Assembly (NCBI RefSeq): GCF_035712165.1
Contig: NZ_DASTBH010000307.1
Location: forward strand, 1 to 24,341
Direction: 5' to 3'
Source: Actinophytocola sp.
Lineage (GTDB): Bacteria; Actinomycetota; Actinomycetes; Mycobacteriales; Pseudonocardiaceae
Length of the DNA stretch: 24,341 nucleotides
Both the position numbers and the translations under genes were made by a program. Under the pieces are notes generated by a model. That model did no database searches, was not told the origin of the DNA, and saw only the letters and a list, made by a program, of their open reading frames with translations. Below, piece after piece: positions 16,373 to 24,288 of the stretch (position 1 is its first letter; every line of letters starts with the position of its first letter).

Positions 16373-16378
16373 TACGCC

Positions 16379-17266
16379 TCACATCACGTGCGGGAACGAG
16401 GCCCAGCCGGCACCGATCTGCCGGGCGGTCGACGAGGACAACGTCAGGTTGTTGTTGGGGTAGTACATCAACGCGCCGTCCGCGTTGACCCCCAACACGT
16501 CGGCGTGCCCGTCGCCGCTGAAGTCGGAGGCGAAGACCTGGCTGAACGAGCCCCAGCCGTTGCCGATCTGGGTCGGTGCGGACAGTGCGAGCCCGTTGTT
16601 GGGGTAGTACAACAGATTGCCCTCGGCGTTGACCCCCAACACGTCCGCATGCCCATCGCCGCTGAAGTCGGACACCCGCTCGCGGTTCGCGCTCTGGCCG
16701 CAGTTGCGGCTGGCGACGTTGCGCCAGGTGCGTGAGGCGCCGGTGTAGGTCGTCCCGTTGAACACCGCGGCGACCCGTTCGGCGCCGGCGAAGCCCCAGG
16801 TCACGCTGCCGTTGCCATTGCTGTCGTAGCCCTGCTCGTAATGCAGGTGCGGGTGGTTGTTGGAGGTGGGACCGGTTCGCCCGACCCGCCCGATCAACTG
16901 CCCCTGGGTGACCCTGGCCCCGACCGAGACCGCCCGGGACTGCAGGTGCAGGTACGTGGTGAAGTGCCGGCTGCCATGGTTGATCTGGATCACGTTGCCG
17001 GCATTGCTGTGGTAGAAGGATTGGTTCACCGTCCCGGCCGCCGGCGCGACCAATGCCGCGCCCTCGGTCCCGGCCTGGTTGGGCTCCCGCACCATGTCCA
17101 GCGCCGGATTGTGTCCCCAGGTATCCAGTCTCCACTGCTGACCGCAGGTGAACGGCAACTGAAACGCCGGAGCGGCCGCGACCGGTGTCACGGTCACCAC
17201 GCTTCCCACGGCCACCAACGCCGCAACGCCCACCCCACCCAGCACACGCCGAAAAGCCCTGCTCAT
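16379..17266 (-). CDS. M23-family (LytM-like) metallopeptidase with two C-terminal FG-GAP repeats.
   Basis: The start ATG at 17266 is preceded by GGCGAGGAGGAGACTTCGG, a strong Shine-Dalgarno sequence. The signal peptide is MSRAFRRVLGGVGVAALVAVGSVVTVTPVAAAP. The M23 motifs are HSNAGNVIQINHG...HLHYE (HxxxD and HxH metal ligands). Two roughly 48-aa repeats (DFSGDGHADVLGVNAEGNLLYYPNNG...) are of FG-GAP type. Confidence 0.85.
   Translation of the reverse strand: MSRAFRRVLGGVGVAALVAVGSVVTVTPVAAAPAFQLPFTCGQQWRLDTWGHNPALDMVREPNQAGTEGAALVAPAAGTVNQSFYHSNAGNVIQINHGSRHFTTYLHLQSRAVSVGARVTQGQLIGRVGRTGPTSNNHPHLHYEQGYDSNGNGSVTWGFAGAERVAAVFNGTTYTGASRTWRNVASRNCGQSANRERVSDFSGDGHADVLGVNAEGNLLYYPNNGLALSAPTQIGNGWGSFSQVFASDFSGDGHADVLGVNADGALMYYPNNNLTLSSSTARQIGAGWASFPHVM
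16448..16735. repeat. Intragenic tandem direct repeat of two units, about 144 bp each. It encodes the FG-GAP repeats of the M23 peptidase.
   Basis: Two near-identical blocks (gttgttggggtagtaca...gttgacccccaacacgtc...gccgctgaagtcgga) are about 85-90% identical. The first block starts near 16451 and the second near 16594. Confidence 0.6.
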
Positions 17267-17322
17267 CCGAAGTCTCCTCCTCGCCGGCAACCGCCGCGAA
17301 AGACATTGACCGGGTCAGCAAT

Positions 17323-17334
17323 GATCACGTGATC
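17323..17334. promoter_or_regulatory. Perfect 12-bp palindrome GATCACGTGATC, 57 nt upstream of the M23 peptidase start. It is a candidate operator.
   Basis: The sequence is self-complementary. It lies in the 187-bp intergenic region that also carries the direct repeat GGTCAC-TGT-GGTCAC (17377..17392). Confidence 0.3.
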
Positions 17335-17453
17335 CGTCAACCTAGGGGACATCGGCGCGGCATGGCAACCACACATGGTCACTGTGGTCACCCGACACGA
17401 TCACTCAACGGCGCGGAGCTCTCCTCGCAACCGTGGGATTCCCGCTCGACCGC

Positions 17454-18119
17454 TCAGGTCAATGAGCCGAGGTGGCGGATGGTGAGTGTCGGGCCGGGGA
17501 GGGGTGTGCGGTGGCGGCTCAGGAGGGCAGCCAGGCGTTGGGGGGTGTGGGCCGGGTGGATGGTGTGGGCCCAGCTCGGGTGGTGGCCGCCGCAGAGGTT
17601 GGTGACGAACTGGGCCACGGTGCGCGGGTGGGGGAGGATGTCGTACCCGCCGAGGTAGCCGATCACCCAGGGCGGTTCACTGGGCCGGGTTTCCGCGGCG
17701 ACGAGCCATCCGTCCCGTTCGTTCCACACCAGCATCAGGTCCCGGTTGGGACATTCGGCGTGGCGGTCCAGTAGCCCGAGATAGGCGGTGATGGTGTCGC
17801 TGATCTCGTATCCGGTGGCTTCGGCGGGCACCGCGAGCTGGGCCGCCACGGCGTGCACATAGCCGGCCAGTTCGCGTTCGACCTCGAGCAGGCTCACGGT
17901 CTTCGGTTCGGCTCGGCGCTGGGGGGTGCGCGGGGACTGCGGGGTGTCGTCGAGCCCGAGCATGGACAGCAGGCAGCTGCGATCGTCGTCGTCGAGCGCT
18001 TGGCCGGCGACGGTGCGGGCGGCGCGAGCGCGCAGCAGGCGCGCGTCGATCTCGGCCTGGGCGCGGGCCTGGGCGAACGCACGCGGCCGGGGATCGACGG
18101 GATCGGCTGGGCGGCTCAT
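17454..18119 (-). CDS. Hypothetical protein of unknown function.
   Basis: 221 aa. The C-terminal two-thirds has non-repetitive, protein-like composition (TVSLLEVERELAGYVHAVAAQL...WVIGYLGGYDILPHPRTVAQFVTNLCGGHHPSWAHTIHP). The frame has high GC3. No family is recognised. Confidence 0.55.
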   Translation of the reverse strand: MSRPADPVDPRPRAFAQARAQAEIDARLLRARAARTVAGQALDDDDRSCLLSMLGLDDTPQSPRTPQRRAEPKTVSLLEVERELAGYVHAVAAQLAVPAEATGYEISDTITAYLGLLDRHAECPNRDLMLVWNERDGWLVAAETRPSEPPWVIGYLGGYDILPHPRTVAQFVTNLCGGHHPSWAHTIHPAHTPQRLAALLSRHRTPLPGPTLTIRHLGSLT

Positions 18120-18661
18120 GGGGTGCTGGCCCGGCCGGATGCGTCGGAGCCGGCCCGGCGCGGCGGTGGCGGGGCTGCCGTTGCCGGCAGCCCAGCCCGC
18201 AGGTGACGCCGTCGGACCGCAGGACCCCGCCTCGATACCTGACGATGGGCAGCCCGAGCTTCTTGCTCAAGCTGGAGTGTCAGCCCAGGCTGCTCGCCGA
18301 CCATGATGGCCGTGGAGGTGGCGGCACGGGTCTGTGGGCCCAACAAGATGGCGCTCCCGTCTCCGGTCGAATCGCGACCGGATCTGGCGCCAAGAACGAA
18401 GCCGGCCCGATTGCCGGTTACGAGATGCTCTCGACGACCCAACCGTACCCCAGATACGCCCAGGCAGGCAGGGGCGGACCGATCGGGTCGGAACCGCCCG
18501 GCGGCGCCCTCGTCCGTCGGTGCACACCATCCGGCCTGCTCATCCGCTACAGTGAGCTGCCTCACCACACGGTGCCCGGCGGGAACTAATGTGGGTCCGG
18601 TCCGGTTGTAACCTAGAGACGTATCGGAGCGTCGTCTCGCGCTCCAGGCAGACTCGGGCAC
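18116..18661 (-). CDS. Doubtful ORF upstream of the hypothetical gene, joined to it by an ATGA stop/start overlap.
   Basis: The ATGA overlap at 18116..18119 suggests translational coupling. However, the sequence is low-complexity (R/P/A-rich C-terminus). The 18401..18460 sample shows no frame with high GC3 (best about 75%). This is probably not a real gene over most of its length. Confidence 0.2.
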   Translation of the reverse strand: MPESAWSARRRSDTSLGYNRTGPTLVPAGHRVVRQLTVADEQAGWCAPTDEGAAGRFRPDRSAPACLGVSGVRLGRREHLVTGNRAGFVLGARSGRDSTGDGSAILLGPQTRAATSTAIMVGEQPGLTLQLEQEARAAHRQVSRRGPAVRRRHLRAGLPATAAPPPPRRAGSDASGRASTP

Positions 18662-19299
18662 GACCGGGTAGTGTCAGCGCATTCCCATCTGGGTCCCCGC
18701 GCATCCCCCAGCACACCGGTGCTGATGTCGCACCGACGCACGTCGAGCCTTGAGGTCATCCAGACATCGGCGCTCAACCATCAATGAGGAGTTTCGCCAT
18801 TACCACAGCCACACCGAAGGCCGGCTCGACAGCCGCGCGCATCGTGTTCAGTCATCCCTTCATCGAACCGGCACCCAGCCGGCCCGAGCACATCGCCGGT
18901 GCCGCGCCTTCCATCCGGACCCCGTTCCGTGAACCATCGAGCCGATCGGACCACACTCCGCCCACCGCGTGACCGCGTCCGGCGTTCGGATCGACACGGA
19001 TGCCGTTGCCCGCCAGGAATTCCTGACCGGCCGAAAAGGACACCGGACGACCCTGGCGCTCGCATTGCCGGCGTGGCCGGCACCTCGGGGCGGACATGCC
19101 TCCGTGACGATGGACAGGCGGCGTAGAGTACGGGGCGCCGAGAGCATTTCGCGTGTTGGCAGTCGAGCCGGCGCCGTTCTCTGATCCCGACGTCACCTAG
19201 CCACCTTCGGATCGTCCGGGGTGGTCGCGCCTGCCGGTACGGCTAGCCGCGGCGCGGTCATAAGAGTCGCGGCCCGCCGTCGCGAGGTTGGGGACAACC

Positions 19300-20943
19300 A
19301 TGACCGCCCAACTCATCGGCATCGTCATCGTGTCCTTTGTGTTGCTCGCTTCCAGCGTCCGCCTGGTGCGGGCGGACGAAAGAGGTGTGGTCCTCCGGTT
19401 CGGTCGGCTGCTCCCCACCGTTCGCTCGCCCGGTGTGCGGCTGATCGTTCCGGTCGCCGACGTGATGCGGAAGGTGTCCATGCGCACCGTCGTCACGGCG
19501 ATTCCGCCGCAGCTGTGCACCACCCGCGACCGGGTTCCGCTGACCGCAGGCGCCGTGGTCAGCTGCCACGTTGCCGACCCGGCCAAGGTCGTTCTCACCG
19601 TCCATCAGCACGCCTCGCCCGTCGCCCTGATCACGGAGATCTCGCTGCGGGCGGTCATCGCCCGCGTCGACCTGGACGTCCTGCTGTCCGACCAGGACCG
19701 GATCAACACCGAGCTGGCCAAGACCATCAACGCGCCCTTCGCCTTGGCGTGGGGACTGCACATCGACCGCGCTGAGATCAACGGCATCGCGCTGTCCGAG
19801 GGCAGAAAACGCGCGCTGAAGCGCCGAGCCAGGGCGCACGACGTGCCCGCCGCCGCGATCCCAGCCATGGCCACCCCGCAACGACACTCGTCTCCGTACC
19901 GGATCCCGGCACCGCGATCGGCGCCCGGCGAGCCATCGGGTACCCGTCCAGCCGCTCCGCCGAGAGCAACCCACGCGACCACCCGTCATGGCGGTCTTGT
20001 CGTGCTCGAGCCGGCCGCCCAGGCGTTCGCCGATGCCAACAACGTCCGGCCGTACGTGTTCGAGCTCGGCCCTGACCTGGGCCGATCGACTCTCAGCCGT
20101 CGGCAGTCCGGCCCGGCCACCAAGCCCAAGGCAGACGTGACCGATCTGCGCGCCCCCGGCGGACCCCATGGCGAGGTGCCGGTCCGGATCGTCCGGCCGC
20201 CCGGCGCCGGCGGACGGCTACCCGTCGTGTTGTTCGTCCATGGGGCTGGATGGGTGTTCGGCGACACCGTCACCCACGACCGGCTGGTTCGCGAACTGGC
20301 CACCGGTGTTGGTGCCGCGGTGGTGTTCCCCGATTACCGGCGTTCCCCGGAAGCCCGCTACCCCTCGGCGGTCGAGGAGTGCTACGCCGTTGCCGAATGG
20401 GTGCGCCACCAGGGTTCCGAGCATGGGCTCGACGGCAGCCGGGTAGCGCTGGCCGGCGACTCGGCCGGCGGGAACATCGCCGCCGCGCTCACCCTGCTGG
20501 CCAAACAACGCTCCGGTCCCGCCTTCGCCGCACAGGTGCTCTTCTACCCGGTCACCAACGCATTCTTCGACACCGGCTCCTACCGCCAGTTCGCCGAGGG
20601 CTACCACCTCCGCCGCGACGCGATGATCTGGTGCTGGAACCAGTACAGCACCGCGGCCCAACGCACCGAGATCACCGCCAGCCCGCTTCGCGCCACCGTC
20701 GAACAACTCGCCGGCCTACCCCCGGCACTGGTCATCACCGCCGAAGCCGACATCCTCCGCGACGAGGGCGAGGCCTACGCCGACAAGCTACGCACCGCGG
20801 GTGTACCCGTGACGTCCCGGCGCTACCGAGCCACGATCCACGACTTCGTGACGATCGACGCCCTGGCCGGCAGCCACCCCGCCAAGGACGCCACGGCACA
20901 AGCCATACGGTTCCTGGGCAACGCCCTGCACCCAACGCCCTGA
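19300..20943 (+). CDS. Membrane-anchored SPFH (band-7/stomatin-like) domain fused in one ORF to an HSL-family alpha/beta-hydrolase (esterase/lipase).
   Basis: The ATG at 19300 is preceded by GAGGTTGGGG. The N-terminal TM helix is LIGIVIVSFVLLASSV. The SPFH core contains ERGVVLRFGRLLPTVRSPGVRLIVP...CTTRDRVPLTAGAVVSCHVADPAKVV...ISLRAVIARVDLDVLLSDQDRINTELAKTINAPFALAWGLHIDRAEI. A roughly 60-aa Pro/Ala-rich linker follows. The esterase has an oxyanion motif HGAGWVFGD (HGGG type), a nucleophile elbow GDSAGGNIAA and acid/His motifs DILRDEG and HDF. There is no stop codon between the two domains. Confidence 0.8.
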   Translation: MTAQLIGIVIVSFVLLASSVRLVRADERGVVLRFGRLLPTVRSPGVRLIVPVADVMRKVSMRTVVTAIPPQLCTTRDRVPLTAGAVVSCHVADPAKVVLTVHQHASPVALITEISLRAVIARVDLDVLLSDQDRINTELAKTINAPFALAWGLHIDRAEINGIALSEGRKRALKRRARAHDVPAAAIPAMATPQRHSSPYRIPAPRSAPGEPSGTRPAAPPRATHATTRHGGLVVLEPAAQAFADANNVRPYVFELGPDLGRSTLSRRQSGPATKPKADVTDLRAPGGPHGEVPVRIVRPPGAGGRLPVVLFVHGAGWVFGDTVTHDRLVRELATGVGAAVVFPDYRRSPEARYPSAVEECYAVAEWVRHQGSEHGLDGSRVALAGDSAGGNIAAALTLLAKQRSGPAFAAQVLFYPVTNAFFDTGSYRQFAEGYHLRRDAMIWCWNQYSTAAQRTEITASPLRATVEQLAGLPPALVITAEADILRDEGEAYADKLRTAGVPVTSRRYRATIHDFVTIDALAGSHPAKDATAQAIRFLGNALHPTP

Positions 20944-21010
20944 TCACGAATCGGCGCACGGCGGTCGAACGTGTGGTCTATTGTGGACAGAAGTTCGGCA
21001 CGCCGGCAGA

Positions 21011-21742
21011 TCACCGGTTGCCCGGCCAGAACAGGTTGTCGTCGATCGTCCCGTCGATGACTCTCGCGGCGACATCGCGGAGCCGGAGGTTGTGGCCGCG
21101 CGCGAAGCCCCGCATCAGCTGGAAGGCCGCATCCATCTGCAGGCCGCGCCGTTCGGCGAGCATGCCCTTGGCCTGCTCGAGCTGGACCCGGCTGTCCAGA
21201 GCGCCCTGCAGTTGGACCGCGAGCACCTCGCGGGCGGTGATGGCGCGCTCCTGGAGCAGGCCGATGGTGGCCACGTCGGCCATGGCCTGGCCGATACGCA
21301 GGTCGGCCGCCCGCAGCAGCCCCGGGGTCACCCGAAAGATGGTCAGTGCCCCGATGGTCTCCTCTCGCAGCCGCATCGGGACCGCCTGGGCCGAGTTGAA
21401 CCCGAGCTCCTGAAGCCGAGCGGTGAAGACGGGCCAGACCGTGCGCATGGCCGTCACGCTCGGTTGCCCGACGGGGCCACCGGACCGGTAGCAGTCCAGG
21501 CACGGACCTTCGTCATTCTGCAACTCGTACAGCTCCAGCAGCCGAGCCTCCTCGGCCGAGGACGCCATCACCTGCAGCTCGCCGCCCGAGTCGGCAAGCA
21601 TGATGGCGGCGGCACTGGCGTCGAGCAGCTCGACGCTGCGCGCGGCGAGTGTGTGCAGGAAGTCGATGACGTCGAAGTCGGCCACCAGTGTGTCGGCCAG
21701 GTCCACGAACGTGGCGGCGATGCGTTGTTCTCGGGTCACCAT
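21011..21742 (-). CDS. GAF–ANTAR RNA-binding antitermination-type regulator (copy 1).
   Basis: 243 aa. The N-terminal GAF domain contains AAAIMLADSGGELQVMASS...GPCLDCYRSGGPV. The C-terminal ANTAR domain is REVLAVQLQGALDSRVQLEQAKGMLAERRGLQMDAAFQLMRGFARGHNLRLRDVAARVI. Confidence 0.85.
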   Translation of the reverse strand: MVTREQRIAATFVDLADTLVADFDVIDFLHTLAARSVELLDASAAAIMLADSGGELQVMASSAEEARLLELYELQNDEGPCLDCYRSGGPVGQPSVTAMRTVWPVFTARLQELGFNSAQAVPMRLREETIGALTIFRVTPGLLRAADLRIGQAMADVATIGLLQERAITAREVLAVQLQGALDSRVQLEQAKGMLAERRGLQMDAAFQLMRGFARGHNLRLRDVAARVIDGTIDDNLFWPGNR

Positions 21743-21747
21743 GCGCT

Positions 21748-22479
21748 CTACTGCCTTCCGCCACCGGGCTCACCGTCATCAAACCGCATCCGGCGGCTGA
21801 CCACATCGGCGGCGACCTCGGAGACCGGACGGCCAGAAACGTAGGCGCGCGCCCGGAGCCGCAGCAGCGCCTCGGCCAGGCTGATGCCGAGCTGGACCGC
21901 GATCATTCCGGTGGCCTGGTGGACGACCGCCCGGCGTTCGATCGGCTCGACCAGCGCGGACTGGTCGCCCTCCTGCGCGGCGTGGTCCTGCAGGTAAAGC
22001 ACGACCAGGGTGGCCGCCTCGGCGAAGGCGAGCGCCTCGGCCAGCTCGAGGATCTCGAGCTGGCCAGGCACGTCGCGGTAGAGGTCGAGCACGCCGACCC
22101 GGATGGCGCCGACCCGCAGGGGGAGGGCGAAGATCGCGCGGACACCGAAATCCAGCACGGCGGCGACGAACCCGGGCCAGCGGGTCGGCCCGGTCACGGC
22201 GAGATCAGCCTGGAGCACCGGCCGGCCGCTGTCCGACGCCTCCACACAGGGACCCTCGCCGAACGAGAACTGCAGCTCCTCCAACTGCCGGGCCCGGCCG
22301 TCGGTCGCGGCCAGCACGACCCCGCTCGGCCCGTCTGCGGTCATCAGGGCCACACCGACGCCGCTGACCGAGGTCGCGACCAGGCATGCCTGGCACAACC
22401 GGGCCAGCAGCATCGAGTCCGGTCCGTGCTCGCCATAGGTCAGCGACAGGATCTCGGCGACCCGGTGGGGACCCGTCAC
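21748..22479 (-). CDS. GAF–ANTAR regulator (copy 2), paralogous to the downstream gene.
   Basis: The GAF domain contains GVALMTADGPSGVVLAATD...GPCVEASDSGRPV. The ANTAR domain is ERRAVVHQATGMIAVQLGISLAEALLRLRARAYVSGRPVSEVAADVVSRRM. The GTG start at 22479 has a GGAAG Shine-Dalgarno sequence. It gives exactly the same length as copy 1 (243 aa) and N-termini that align. The alternative start at the ATG at 22527 would overlap the desaturase by 46 nt. Confidence 0.8.
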   Translation of the reverse strand: MTGPHRVAEILSLTYGEHGPDSMLLARLCQACLVATSVSGVGVALMTADGPSGVVLAATDGRARQLEELQFSFGEGPCVEASDSGRPVLQADLAVTGPTRWPGFVAAVLDFGVRAIFALPLRVGAIRVGVLDLYRDVPGQLEILELAEALAFAEAATLVVLYLQDHAAQEGDQSALVEPIERRAVVHQATGMIAVQLGISLAEALLRLRARAYVSGRPVSEVAADVVSRRMRFDDGEPGGGRQ

Positions 22480-22481
22480 GG

Positions 22482-23426
22482 TCAGCTTCCGGCCGTGATC
22501 CGAGCCAGCCGCTGCGGATTGGACCACCGCACATCCCAGATCCAGCCAAGCCTTTCGAAGATCCAGATCACCCGGGCGGAGATGTCGACCTGCCCCGGTA
22601 GCACGCCGTGCCGGGCGCAGGTCGGGTCCGCGTGGTGGGAGTTGTGCCAGGACTCACCCATGGACAGGATGGCCAGCGGCCAGAAGTTCGCGGCCCTGTC
22701 CCGGGAGGCGAAGGGCCGGTGGCCGATCATGTGACAGATCGAGTTGATCGACCAGGTGACGTGGTGCAGGAAGGAGATCCGGACCAGGCTGGCCCAGAAG
22801 AACGCGGTCAGCATTCCCCACCAGGACCAGGTGATCAAACCGCCCAGCACGGCGGGCAGGACGAGGCTCACCCCCAACAACACCGGCGCCAGCCGGTCGA
22901 CGACCCGGATATCGCGGTCGGCCTGCAGGTCCGGAGCGAACCGGTCGGCGTTGGTGCTGACCCGCTCGAACAGCCAGCCCATGTGCGCGTGCCAGAACCC
23001 CCTGGCCAGCGCCACGGGCCCGGTGCCATACGCCCAGGGTGAGTGTGGGTCACCGTCCCGGTCCGAGAACGCGTGATGCCGGCGGTGATCGGCCACCCAG
23101 CAGATGACCGGCCCCTGCGCGGCCAGACCCCCTGCCACGGCCAAGCAGATGCGCAGGAAACGCTTCGCCTTGAACGCGCGGTGGGTGAAGTACCGGTGGT
23201 AGCCGACTGTCACCCCGAGGGCGGCGACCAGGTAGAAGCCGGCGGCCAGGCCGAGATCGGTCCAGCCCAGCCCCCACCCCCACGCGACGGGCACCGCCAC
23301 GACCAGCGCGACGAACGGAACGAGCACGAAGATCTTCACCAGAACCTGCTCACCACGCGACCGGCCGGGCACCGTCAGCGGTTTCGTTTCCCGACCGGGC
23401 AATGGTGGCGACATCGTTGAGGTCAT
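22482..23426 (-). CDS. Membrane acyl-CoA (stearoyl-CoA delta-9-type) fatty-acid desaturase.
   Basis: 314 aa. The three histidine boxes are HRYFTH, HRRHHAF and HNSHHA. Four TM segments are present. A GAGGA Shine-Dalgarno sequence lies before the ATG at 23426. Confidence 0.9.
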   Translation of the reverse strand: MTSTMSPPLPGRETKPLTVPGRSRGEQVLVKIFVLVPFVALVVAVPVAWGWGLGWTDLGLAAGFYLVAALGVTVGYHRYFTHRAFKAKRFLRICLAVAGGLAAQGPVICWVADHRRHHAFSDRDGDPHSPWAYGTGPVALARGFWHAHMGWLFERVSTNADRFAPDLQADRDIRVVDRLAPVLLGVSLVLPAVLGGLITWSWWGMLTAFFWASLVRISFLHHVTWSINSICHMIGHRPFASRDRAANFWPLAILSMGESWHNSHHADPTCARHGVLPGQVDISARVIWIFERLGWIWDVRWSNPQRLARITAGS

Positions 23427-23911
23427 GGGCCGTCCTCGGCGAACTCAGGGGACGGGGCCACGCCCACGCGCGCACCATCCTCAATGGATAAAGGAATTGC
23501 CGCCGATCGACTGAGGCCGGAACCACATCGCCTACGATAGGAAAGACCCACGGTCGACTGGCATGCCGGGGTCTGAGGCTCCCTTACTCTACGCCCTCCG
23601 CCCCAGATCTGCCGCACCTCGTTCGGCGAGCCGCCTCGCCGTGACCGACACGAGCCGCCACCCGCCCACCCGACCGGACTATCCACAGAGGACGCCACGC
23701 CCACCAGCGCCTCCGGACGGTGGCCTGACCCGGCGATGGTCGGTATCCGGTCGCCCGGCTCTTGGGCCGACACCAAGGTCGACAGCGGGCCGGTCCCCCC
23801 GGTCGTCCAGGCGTACGCTGAGAAGTATCCGGACCGGGTGACAACGTATGCCACCCGATGACATTCCGTTCGAGGTGCCAGCACGCCGGCGAGTCCAGGA
23901 AGCGGCTCCTC

Positions 23912-24118
23912 ATGTGGTTCGACCACCACACCCCGCATGCCGCCGGCGATTTCGCCGCACCGTTCGGCCACCCCCTGACCCGTTCCCCCACCCACAAGCT
24001 CGTGCGCGCCTTGTTGATCACCCTCGCCATCGGCTTCGTCATCGTGCGCTACGCCGTACGCCGCTACGCCCGCGGCGAGTTGACCGCATCCGCCCTCGGC
24101 ACCCCCGAACCCGATTGA
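23912..24118 (+). CDS. Possible small membrane protein (68 aa).
   Basis: An AGGAAG Shine-Dalgarno sequence lies 10 nt before the ATG. The sequence MWFDHHTPHAAGDFAAPFGHPLTRSPTHKLVRALLITLAIGFVIVRYAVRRYARGEL has one TM helix. The codon-position GC pattern (GC3 85%, GC1 75%, GC2 60%) favours the plus frame over the overlapping antisense ORF at 23584..24042. Confidence 0.25.
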   Translation: MWFDHHTPHAAGDFAAPFGHPLTRSPTHKLVRALLITLAIGFVIVRYAVRRYARGELTASALGTPEPD

Positions 24119-24288
24119 TACCCCGGTGTCACCTGGTCAGCTCCTTCAGCCGATCAGCAAGATCCGCTCCGAACCGGGTTTGGCCAGGTCAGGCTTGGTG
24201 CCCCGGCGGGATTCGTCACAGAACTGTCCCCGTGTGGGACTGTCAAACTTGACGTCGCCGTCCTGACCGCCATATCGGAGGTGATCGC

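Noticed and set aside
15894-17321. A 475-aa minus ORF and a 163-aa plus ORF (16841..17332) overlapping the M23 peptidase and hydrolase genes.
   Set aside because: They are out-of-frame or antisense shadows. The real frames are identified by the catalytic motifs GxSxG (hydrolase) and HxxxD/HxH (M23 peptidase).
18990-19020. A T-loop-like GTTCGGATC motif that could hint at a tRNA.
   Set aside because: No acceptor, D-arm or anticodon-arm pairings could be built around it on either strand.
20250-21503. A 387-aa plus ORF (20250..21413) and a 226-aa minus ORF (20823..21503) overlapping the esterase and GAF-ANTAR genes.
   Set aside because: They are shadow ORFs. They are RG/P-rich and lack motifs. 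They conflict with strongly supported genes.
22480-22527. The ATG start at 22527 for the second GAF–ANTAR gene.
   Set aside because: It would overlap the desaturase gene by 46 nt and add 16 residues absent from the paralogue. The GTG at 22479 has a GGAAG Shine-Dalgarno sequence and gives identical length and aligned N-termini.
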